Assembly (NCBI GenBank): GCA_030390025.1
Contig: JASTWF010000334.1
Span: 434,001 to 498,000 of the forward strand
Direction of reading: 5' to 3'
Origin: Squalus acanthias
Lineage: Eukaryota
Length of the DNA: 64,000 nucleotides
The notes beneath the pieces are model-generated. The model saw nothing but the letters and a program-made list of their open reading frames with translations. It searched no databases and had not been told where the DNA came from. How positions within the stretch are numbered: the first letter of the stretch is position 1; each line of letters starts with the position of its first letter. This document shows positions 11,819-21,652 of this stretch, in pieces. The position numbers and the translations under genes were made by a program.

Positions 11819-13568
11819 TGTAGAATTCGCAATATATCGCGATTTTATTAATAAGGAGAAAACACAGAGTTTCGTTCAAACAGCTTTTATTTCAGCAGAA
11901 TGCTGGCAGGTTTAAAGTGGACACAAGCAGCCTGTAAAATGGCCGCCGCACCTCGTGACAGAACATTCTAGACTTTTCAACAGGCAGACAAGATGGCGTT
12001 CCAATAAACATTTGTGCAAGATCGATTAAGATTCAGCACAGTGAAGATAATACACGAGACATTATGGGTTTGCAGTATACACATAGATACTGAAATCGGT
12101 CTCCCAGGTACAAAGGAAAGCCATTGTACCGAGTAATCAAGGGCCCATCCAAAAGACATTAATATGTAAAATCCCAACGACTCTACGATGAGAGAGCCGT
12201 TAGCAGGTAGTTATACAGGACACTTGGAAGCCCCAAACCCCTCCAGGGAGAACACCGACCGATTTAACAATGGGAGAAATATTAACAGGTACTCAGACAT
12301 TTACGAGTAGCCCCGAAACCCATTAAGAACGGAGATCACCCATACAAGACATTTGAGCGCCAAACCCTAAACAAAAGAATGGACATTATAGTTGGGCAGG
12401 AAACGGAAGATTTTGCACTATAATTGCAGGCTCCAAACCGTCCATGCTCTTGCTCTTGCTCTTGCTCTTGCTTTTGCTCTTGCTGCTCTTATCATCGTGG
12501 CTGCTCCTGTGCTCTTATCCGATCGATTCGTAAACCTCGTGGCTGCTCCTGTGTACTCGTAGTTGGGCTCGCCCCTGCTTGCCTGTTGCCTCTTCTGAAA
12601 AGACTGTTGAACTTTCTGATCCGTTCGGATCTACCTCGTGTCGCGTAACGAAGACCTATGTTGGTAACTGGCAGCGGAACCGAAGGCCCGAGATGAGATG
12701 AGATGAGATGAGATGAGATGAGAAGAGAGGAAGACCATATCCATCGCCACGGTCAGTAAATCCCGACCGCGCCTGTAGGTCGATTATCCAAGTTTTCCTT
12801 ACTAGGAAGACTTCTTCGAACTTATAACGAAACATATTGCATCGATGATAACTGGACTGTGCCCAAAGTAACTGGAATGTGAAAACATATCGTATCGACG
12901 ATATTGACAACTGTGCTCCAAGAGTACCTGTTAAACCAACCAACACAGGTCTTCATCACAGCAGACGGTCCAGCCTGCTAGCCGGAGCAGCAGAAGCAAG
13001 TAAACAAGTGGGACCAGGAGATCTCCTGACCGACACGTGGGTGCTGCGGTGAAAAACATCCGATCAGCTATTCGGAATTTCTCCGAGTTATCACGAGTGG
13101 TGAGCATGAGTCTCGAAATCCTACGAATCTAGTTTAGGATAGATATTGATAGGGGAGGGTTTAAGGATTAAGGATATTTGTAATGTGTGCCCCTATTTAC
13201 TTTGTGCCGTTCGTTCCTCGTTTCCCTAAGATCGACTATATAACTGTTTGTAAGATTGTACTGTCATTAATCTGTGCTTATGACATGTATTTCATAATCT
13301 TAAGTATCATGCAATAAAGATTTTCCATTTCGTACCATTCAAACCAAGTCTACATGAGTTTCATCTCCATTACTGCTCTCGCATCTAAGTCCAGTGTCTA
13401 GAACCGTAAGGGAGAGTGATTCGAACCACTCACAGGTGTGTCTAGTGTTCCCAGACTGGCTGGAGACCAGAACAGGCAACAAGGCCTAGACCCGCACTGA
13501 CATACAGGCTGCACAGAGCCGCGTGAATCTCACAGGCTGCGAGACACGCACGGTCAGAATCCCTTACA
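11819..13568 (+). repeat. Inner provirus 5' LTR (1750 bp)
   Basis: TGTAGAATTCGC...CCCTTACA; essentially identical to 19590-21339. Confidence 0.97.
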
Positions 13569-13572
13569 GAAA

Positions 13573-15384
13573 ATGGCGACCGCGGCAGGACACTGGCAGC
13601 GAGAGGGTAGTGTGTTAGATTTTGGAATGACTGTACGAAATGTTATGCAGGAAAAGATAGCAGATTATGTGTTTGGAAAGGTTAATCTAACTAAGAAATG
13701 GATAAGTGAATTGTTAGCGGATAAGAGCCCACTAGAGGCAGCTGAAAGGTGGACAGATAGTAAAGAACATAAAAAGACACTTGAGAAAGCAGTCTGGCTT
13801 ATGTGTTACAAAAGGCAGGTTCAGATTTCCAACCAGACCATTACAGCGCTAGTAGCTCGAATCAGTCATTTAGAGGGAGAAATGGAGGAGAAGGTTTCTG
13901 GAGGGGAGGTGCTCATTAAGAATTTAAATGAGTTACACCAAGAAAGCCAGGAAGTCTCCAGTCACCTTAAAACAAGGATAGATTATCTCGAGTGCCAGGT
14001 CACTGAGGCAAAATTGAATGAGAGCAGGTTAAAGGAAAGATGTAACCGCCAAGCTGCCCAGATAAGAACTCAAGAAGAGAGCTTGACGGGGGTTAGGGCG
14101 GCATATAAGTTGGCCCTTGAGGATAAGTTTCAGGGAGCCGATCATAGCGCCTGCCAAAGGGAGATAGAGCACCTCAAAAAGGCCGTGAACAATGCGAACG
14201 GCATGGTGTGCCTTATCAATCCGTCGGCGCACCAGCCGCTAGTAAATGAGAGATTTAGAAAATCCCCACCAAGTAAAGCAGAAGAAGTAGTAGCCACTGC
14301 GCCCTCCGCGCCACCCAGCTATTCAGAAACCTGGGTTAGGGAGGAAGCAATGGAAGAAACAAAAGAGCCCATTGAAAAAGAAGTAGGAAAGGGATCGTTA
14401 TATCCAGTAACGGGTATTAAAAGGGGCCCAAGCAGAAACGGTGGGGAAGAACCGGGGGATCTCCTCGGACAGCTGGTGTTGCCTCACAGTTCACATCAGC
14501 TGAGAGCTATGATAAATCACGTACGGAAGCTGACCGAGGCAGACGACCCTTCCGTACATTTCAGAGAAGTTGAGCAAGCCGCAGCCATTAACGGCTGCGA
14601 TGATGGGGAAACAGCAAAAATGCTGCTGTTCTCATTAGACAGCTCGGTCCTTCAGTGTCTCTCAGGCGAGAGCAAGAGGGGAACCAAGAGTTATGAGGAA
14701 TTAAAGAATGAGGTCCTGGAAGTGTTGGGGGCGAACGACGAAGGTCCGTTTGCTAGAGTGGGACAGACAGTGCAGATGGAGGGAGAACCCCCGAAGGTTT
14801 TTGCCGACAGGCTGTGGCCAGTATATGAGCGCAGCTGTCTAGGTGCGCCCGAGCGCGAAGATGTGGAAGGTTTAGCTTTAACTCATTGGCTTAGGTGCAT
14901 AATAGCCAACAGTTTACCAGCCGTCAGAGAGCAGGCAAAAGCATGGTTTGATCCCAATGACCCCAACATTACGGAAGAGTCGGTCTTGAATCGACTCACG
15001 TTAGGTTATCGCAATATAAGGGGTATGGCAACACGTCCCCTTAAGGGAAGAGTACATGAGGTACGACCCGCAGCCCCGTATCAAAGAGAGTGGCATCAGG
15101 AGGGTAATCGCGCCCCACAGGCAAGTAATGCTTGTTACGGGTGTGGGAAGACAGGGCACTGGCGCAAGCATTGCAGGAACCCTTGGAAGGATTCCAAGGA
15201 TAAAAATCCCGCGGTCCGAGCCCAGGCGCCTGTCCCGGCTAAGGAAGCCAAGGCACCCACCCCTCCCGACGACCTCGAAGCAGTGTTAGGAGCCATGCGC
15301 AAGCTGGTCTTGAATGCGCGTGGACAGGTGGCGGTCGCAACCGGCCCCGTAGGTGCCGCAGGACTGTCTAATAGTACCCAATGA
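13573..15384 (+). CDS. gag: Intact Gag (603 aa), inner provirus
   Basis: Uninterrupted ORF; coiled-coil, PSAPPSY (14302-14322), capsid MHR-like motif, CYGCGKTGHWRKHC knuckle. Confidence 0.93.
   Translation: MATAAGHWQREGSVLDFGMTVRNVMQEKIADYVFGKVNLTKKWISELLADKSPLEAAERWTDSKEHKKTLEKAVWLMCYKRQVQISNQTITALVARISHLEGEMEEKVSGGEVLIKNLNELHQESQEVSSHLKTRIDYLECQVTEAKLNESRLKERCNRQAAQIRTQEESLTGVRAAYKLALEDKFQGADHSACQREIEHLKKAVNNANGMVCLINPSAHQPLVNERFRKSPPSKAEEVVATAPSAPPSYSETWVREEAMEETKEPIEKEVGKGSLYPVTGIKRGPSRNGGEEPGDLLGQLVLPHSSHQLRAMINHVRKLTEADDPSVHFREVEQAAAINGCDDGETAKMLLFSLDSSVLQCLSGESKRGTKSYEELKNEVLEVLGANDEGPFARVGQTVQMEGEPPKVFADRLWPVYERSCLGAPEREDVEGLALTHWLRCIIANSLPAVREQAKAWFDPNDPNITEESVLNRLTLGYRNIRGMATRPLKGRVHEVRPAAPYQREWHQEGNRAPQASNACYGCGKTGHWRKHCRNPWKDSKDKNPAVRAQAPVPAKEAKAPTPPDDLEAVLGAMRKLVLNARGQVAVATGPVGAAGLSNSTQ
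13574..13591 (+). promoter_or_regulatory. Primer binding site (tRNA-Arg), inner provirus
   Basis: TGGCGACCGCGGCAGGAC, identical to the outer PBS. Confidence 0.85.
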
Positions 15385-16377
15385 CTAGAGCCCACGCAGC
15401 CTGCCTACCTGTGTCCTTTTAAAAGACACGCACAGGAGGGGGTCTGCGGTGAGGAGGCCAGGTTAAAAGAGCAGGCCTTGCGGGAGGAGAACGCCCGCTT
15501 AATAGGGAAAATAGATGGGCTGGAAGGGCAGCTTAGAGAGCAGGCCCTGCGGGAGGAGAACGCCCGAGCAATGGGAAAGTTAGACGTGCTCAGGCTAGAA
15601 GCGCAGCTTAGTGAGATAAAAGCAGCCTACAGGGTAGCCAAAAGCCGGGAGTATGAGGATGTAAACCAATGCAAACTGTACCAGCCAGGTGCGCAAGGGA
15701 AAACTACAGGGGTAAATCCCGCCAATGGGAAAGCACAGCCCCAGGTAGGACCACAAGGCACACAGGCAGGCATAGCAGCTTGCATCAGGGGAAGGGACAT
15801 CCCGGACGATCATGCAGCGTTTTTCTGGAATTGGGGGTTAGATGAGGAAGAATTCAGGGTACCCGGGTCAGATGAGGATAGTGCAGATGAGGATAGTGAT
15901 GACGACGGGTGGTTTCGGAGGAACGGTCCCTTTTACGATATGGAGGGGACGGGGGCTGCAGGTAGAGATCCACACAGGGTGGACACACGAGCTGCAGGTC
16001 CCGAAGACAGGAGGGAGGAGCTAGAGGAGGCAGGGCCAGCCGCTATGGGAGCACAGAGAGTACCGGTGTGGCTCCCAGAGATGTGGCCGCCCGCTTTGAA
16101 CGTCCAGTCCTCAGGGGAGGCAGAGATCACGAGTGAAGGGCCGCCTGCTGGGCCGAGCAGGGCGGAGCCACGAACTGCCAGCCCCGAGGTTAGGGAGGCG
16201 GAGTCAGCGGAGGCGGAGCCAGCGACTGTGATGGAACCCCAGGTCATCCCGATGGAAGTCTCGGAACCCGGTCCGTCCGTCACGGAAACCCCGCCCATAG
16301 CAACTCCCCGTAGGTCAAGTAGAGAACCCCAGGAGGATGTGGTCATGTCCCCAGACTGCCCCAAGGCGGAAATTTAA
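15385..16377 (+). CDS. In-frame post-Gag ORF: pol N-terminal stub + novel coiled-coil + integrase C-terminal tail (no enzyme domains)
   Basis: Open from the gag TGA to TAA 16375-16377: LEPTQPAYLCP (pol stub), EQALREENAR x2..IKAAYRVAK, then VNQCKLY.. homologous to outer 11131 onward. Confidence 0.75.
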   Translation, partial: LEPTQPAYLCPFKRHAQEGVCGEEARLKEQALREENARLIGKIDGLEGQLREQALREENARAMGKLDVLRLEAQLSEIKAAYRVAKSREYEDVNQCKLYQPGAQGKTTGVNPANGKAQPQVGPQGTQAGIAACIRGRDIPDDHAAFFWNWGLDEEEFRVPGSDEDSADEDSDDDGWFRRNGPFYDMEGTGAAGRDPHRVDTRAAGPEDRREELEEAGPAAMGAQRVPVWLPEMWPPALNVQSSGEAEITSEGPPAGPSRAEPRTASPEVREAESAEAEPATVMEPQVIPMEVSEPGPSVTETPPIATPRRSSREPQEDVVMSPDCPKAEI

Positions 16378-16628
16378 GGTTAAGATAACCCAGATACAGA
16401 CCGGCCACATCGCAGCAGTAACAGGCTGCGGCAGATCAGAGGGAAGGGTCAGTGCCCTCCCACCGTCGGGAAGAGCTCGCAGCAGCCTTCTCAGAATTTA
16501 AAGGGGCCGCCCTGAGAACGGGTGGCACTGTATAGTAAGTAGTAATAAGTTTAAGTTTATAGTTCAAGGTTAAGTTTTATGTTTTATTAAGGTTAAGTTT
16601 GTCGTGTTTTTTAACAGAAAACGATAAA

Positions 16629-19140
16629 ATGATGGGAGCTTTAAAGATAGGTTTAGTTGAAGTTTATTCAGCGAACGTTGAAGTTTACGTGAGGCGAGGT
16701 CAGGGGACCCGCTCACCCTTCACAAAAGCCAGAGACTCTTGCGAGGCTGGCTACCTCATTCTATCTGATCACAGGAACCAAGGAAGGATGGAACGAATTC
16801 TAGTATTGCTCGTGGCAATCGGATGTGGATTGGCCTATCGAGGCCGCACCAAGGATGTCGTGGTGTTTGGATGTTCCGGGGACACGGCCCCCATCGCGGT
16901 GGATGGGACCGGAAGACGGGAGGCAGAGGAGACCAGCACCTATTTCCACAAGGGAAGGTGGCCAGGATGGCTGGGAACGAACTCAACGGAGTATTCCAGC
17001 ACATCGGGGTTTGCCTACCAAGAGACTTCTTTACTGTGCCCCAAAGTAAGGATCATCGCACCCAGGATCAGCGTCACCGTCGGCAAACGGATTTGTTTGA
17101 CTTGTAGTGGGAAGGTCCCATTGAGCCGATGGTGGTGGCTGCGAAAGCTGAGCAAAACTATGAGGAACTCTTCGGTCGAGTGGGAACGACTGGGTAATAA
17201 TACCCATCGGACAATTACGGGGACAGACGGACAAGTGAAAGTCTGTTGGGACAAATGGTGGGAACCGGATGAGGGAATTTATGTATGTATGTGGGGGTCA
17301 AAGTACGTTTGCCCCAAAGGCATCTCCATATTTTTCATTAATCAATGGCAGGATAACGGACAGGGGATGAGGTGGGATGCGAGCACCAGGGGGTGCGGAG
17401 CCCCATTCTCCCCGATCCCAGTAAATGCCACTGAGCTCATTACGCGCCCACGCAAAGCCCCGCCCACGATTCCGGTGGTTCTAGCTGAGGAAGAAGGGTG
17501 CCCTAAAACTAGTAAGGGACCCGGGAATGGTTTGGTACTGGTCCCCACAGACCAGATACTATTTCAGGGGGTACATTACGCGGTGGCCTCGGTGATTTTA
17601 AATCTCACTGAGGTGCGGTTACCAGAGTGGTGCCCCAAAAAGACGGAACAGTTGTACCAGGTCCTGTTGACCAAGATGTTCAGACAATTTTACGAATTCG
17701 ATTTCGCGGAAATTGATAAAACAAGTTTGTACACCGCACCACAGGAAGTTTTGGATCAAGTAGGGAGGCAAAGAAGGGGTTTGGTGAACGATGCGTTCAC
17801 TGCTTTTAACACAGGTACATCTGTGGTCAACGCTCTAGACAGTGTGGAGCTGCAGACCCAGATTAATGGTTTAAAGACACAATTAAAGGACATTCTAACA
17901 GATGAGAATAAAGTGGTAGGGTCGGGTCTACACGAGGACCAAGCCATGACCCTCCATTTAAAGGAAATTATAGCAGAGTTGGAGAAACATGCAAAGACGG
18001 TAAATGCCCTGATTAGGGAAGATCGGAATGCATCCGATCAAGCTGCGCAGAACGAGGTGTGCGTGCTTTACGGGGCGTGGTTACTGGGCGAGGGCCGCAG
18101 TAATTTGGAGGATTTAAAACAAGGTTTGGTTCCGTCCTGGATAAGTAACAAACACCTACGGGCGCTCCACCCTTTTCAGAACGCATTAAGCCCGTGCCAG
18201 CTCAGGCTAGCTTCAGAAGCATACCCAGTCCCCGTGGACTGTGGACGATCAAACCATACCATCATGGGTATAGTTTTACGTATGCCGGTTTTGGGCGACA
18301 CAGCAAAGCCCGCCCCGGTATATCGGGTAGAAAACATTGGTGTCATTCAGGGGGGGAGCCCACATTCGTTATGCAGCGGTTCCACCTTACGTCATCCGCT
18401 GGGAGCAAACGATGACAGGTACAGATCTCTCTGGTTGTCGTGGCAGGGGAGCACACATAATACTGTGCCCCCAGCACTTGAATGCCTTTTTAACACCACA
18501 GTGCGGGTTCAGAACGGCTGGCGCCAAGTCCATGAATTGCACCATGGAGGCAATGGCACAAGATCATGTGCCTCCGCAGGTAGCATACATCGGGGGTGGA
18601 ACATATTGTGTTACCACTGCAGCGCAACACTACCAGCATGGAAACCGTAGCCGGTGTCCGGTGAGTGACAGCAGTTTCTGTTTTAAACCCAGGGCGGAAG
18701 TTCAAGTAGCACAACAGCGAATTATCCCAATCCCTGAACCATCCACTGTTCATCTCACAGTAAAAGAGAATTTCACCGACTTGCAGCGATTCGTCGCGCA
18801 TTTTGGATACCTCATTCCCCCTCTCCCTGAACACCTCACCAAGCTTTTGAAAGCCGTCGCGGTGTCACAGAAACATTTTTATACATTAGAGCAGAAAACT
18901 GTCGAAATAGGAACAGACATTTTGGATATAGTAGTTCCACCGTGGTGGAATCTGTTCACCAATATTGAAGTACCTTCATGGATCAGAATAGCCTCCCACA
19001 TTTTAGTCGTATGCCAAGTTTTCATTGTAGTGTACCTATTGGTCGTACATTGTAAAAGAGACAAACGCCTCACCAAGCATGAAAACACGGGAGAGTGGCG
19101 AGAACGTTACGTGCGCGTGCACGATGAGAGCACCGTGTAA
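16629..19140 (+). CDS. env: env of inner provirus (one extra G in a G7 run ~18350 shifts frame; mutation or homopolymer error)
   Basis: Signal-like MERILVLLVAIGCGLA (16788), Ig motif, furin RQRR 17766-17777, fusion peptide and heptads, Cys-rich region, TM ILVVCQVFIVVYLLVV; candidate splice acceptor TTTTAACAG just upstream. Confidence 0.88.
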
Positions 19141-19577
19141 TCGGAAAATGGCGTCACTCCCGCTCGCCGCGTGCGCCGCGGAAGTTTGTACTCATATAAG
19201 ATTTTCAGAGATTGTAAATACGTTGGGAACTCGACATGTTAAGAGTTGGTGTTGATTTATTTTGGTGATGGTGTTACAGTTAAAAATGATTGTTTGGTTT
19301 TGGGTTTTGTTTTTCCTTTCCCTGAATAAAAGATGAATATACAGGTGATACGAGAGGCATCGGCCTGGTTACGCCGGGAAGGAAAACAAGTGGTGTAAGT
19401 TTAAGGGCAAATAATGCCTACGGTGATATAAAATGTAATTTTCTTGGGAAATGAGGACGACACAGAGACCCTAGCTAAGTTAAAATTATGGGATTAATTT
19501 ACTGGATTCGGAGAGAAATCGAGATAATATTGCTCACCACTATGATTTTTGATACGATAAGCGGAGTTATTCGCATC

Positions 19578-19589
19578 AACAGGAGGGAC
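19578..19589 (+). promoter_or_regulatory. Polypurine tract, inner provirus
   Basis: AACAGGAGGGAC abuts the 3' LTR; the same sequence is at 24626-24637. Confidence 0.8.
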
Positions 19590-21339
19590 TGTAGAATTCG
19601 CAATATATCGCGATTTTATTAATAAGGAGAAAACACAGAGTTTCGTTCAAACAGCTTTTATTTCAGCAGAATGCTGGCAGGTTTAAAGTGGACACAAGCA
19701 GCCTGTAAAATGGCCGCCGCACCTCGTGACAGAACATTCTAGACTTTTCAACAGGCAGACAAGATGGCGTTCCAATAAACATTTGTGCAAGATCGATTAA
19801 GATTCAGCACAGTGAAGATAATACACGAGACATTATGGGTTTGCAGTATACACATAGATACTGAAATCGGTCTCCCAGGTACAAAGGAAAGCCATTGTAC
19901 CGAGTAATCAAGGGCCCATCCAAAAGACATTAATATGTAAAATCCCAACGACTCTACGATGAGAGAGCCGTTAGCAGGTAGTTATACAGGACACTTGGAA
20001 GCCCCAAACCCCTCCAGGGAGAACACCGACCGATTTAACAATGGGAGAAATATTAACAGGTACTCAGACATTTACGAGTAGCCCCGAAACCCATTAAGAA
20101 CGGAGATCACCCATACAAGACATTTGAGCGCCAAACCCTAAACAAAAGAATGGACATTATAGTTGGGCGGGAAACGGAAGATTTTGCACTATAATTGCAG
20201 GCTCCAAACCGTCCATGCTCTTGCTCTTGCTCTTGCTCTTGCTTTTGCTCTTGCTGCTCTTATCATCGTGGCTGCTCCTGTGCTCTTATCCGATCGATTC
20301 GTAAACCTCGTGGCTGCTCCTGTGTACTCGTAGTTGGGCTCGCCCCTGCTTGCCTGTTGCCTCTTCTGAAAAGACTGTTGAACTTTCTGATCCGTTCGGA
20401 TCTACCTCGTGTCGCGTAACGAAGACCTATGTTGGTAACTGGCAGCGGAACCGAAGGCCCGAGATGAGATGAGATGAGATGAGATGAGATGAGAAGAGAG
20501 GAAGACCATATCCATCGCCACGGTCAGTAAATCCCGACCGCGCCTGTAGGTCGATTATCCAAGTTTTCCTTACTAGGAAGACTTCTTCGAACTTATAACG
20601 AAACATATTGCATCGATGATAACTGGACTGTGCCCAAAGTAACTGGAATGTGAAAACATATCGTATCGACGATATTGACAACTGTGCTCCAAGAGTACCT
20701 GTTAAACCAACCAACACAGGTCTTCATCACAGCAGACGGTCCAGCCTGCTAGCCGGAGCAGCAGAAGCAAGTAAACAAGTGGGACCAGGAGATCTCCTGA
20801 CCGACACGTGGGTGCTGCGGTGAAAAACATCCGATCAGCTATTCGGAATTTCTCCGAGTTATCACGAGTGGTGAGCATGAGTCTCGAAATCCTACGAATC
20901 TAGTTTAGGATAGATATTGATAGGGGAGGGTTTAAGGATTAAGGATATTTGTAATGTGTGCCCCTATTTACTTTGTGCCGTTCGTTCCTCGTTTCCCTAA
21001 GATCGACTATATAACTGTTTGTAAGATTGTACTGTCATTAATCTGTGCTTATGACATGTATTTCATAATCTTAAGTATCATGCAATAAAGATTTTCCATT
21101 TCGTACCATTCAAACCAAGTCTACATGAGTTTCATCTCCATTACTGCTCTCGCATCTAAGTCCAGTGTCTAGAACCGTAAGGGAGAGTGATTCGAACCAC
21201 TCACAGGTGTGTCTAGTGTTCCCAGACTGGCTGGAGACCAGAACAGGCAACAAGGCCTAGACCCGCACTGACATACAGGCTGCACAGAGCCGCGTGAATC
21301 TCACAGGCTGCGAGACACGCACGGTCAGAATCCCTTACA
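19590..21339 (+). repeat. Inner provirus 3' LTR (1750 bp)
   Basis: Direct repeat of 11819-13568, followed by TSD TGTC. Confidence 0.97.
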
Positions 21340-21652
21340 TGTCCCCAGACTGCCCCAAGGCGCAGGCTCAAGGTTAAGGCAGCCCAGGAAGGGCCCAGTC
21401 CCATCGCAGCAGCAACAGGCTGCGGCAGATCAAAGGAAGGGGTCAGTGCCCTCCCACTGTCGGGAAGAGCTCGCAGCAGCCTTCTCAGAATTTAAAGGGG
21501 CCGCCCTGGGAACGGGCGGCGCTGTACAGTTTATAAGTTTCTAGGTTTATAGTTTAAGGTTAAGAATAAGTTTATAGTATTAGATAAGGTTATAAGTTTA
21601 TAGTTTTAAATCAGGTTACGTTTGTAGTTTAATTTTAACAGAAAATGGTAAA

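Larger units (their letters stand above)
11819..21339 (+). mobile_element. Inner pol-less provirus (LTR-gag-readthrough ORF-env-LTR, 9521 bp)
   Basis: 1750-bp LTRs, 4-bp TSD TGTC (11815-11818 / 21340-21343); the outer pol tail is continuous across the insertion. Confidence 0.96.

Noticed and set aside
11091..11879. 262-aa antisense ORF (HBZ-like?)
   Set aside because: Shadow of the GC-rich, low-complexity pol tail; it begins inside the inserted LTR, so it exists only because of the insertion.
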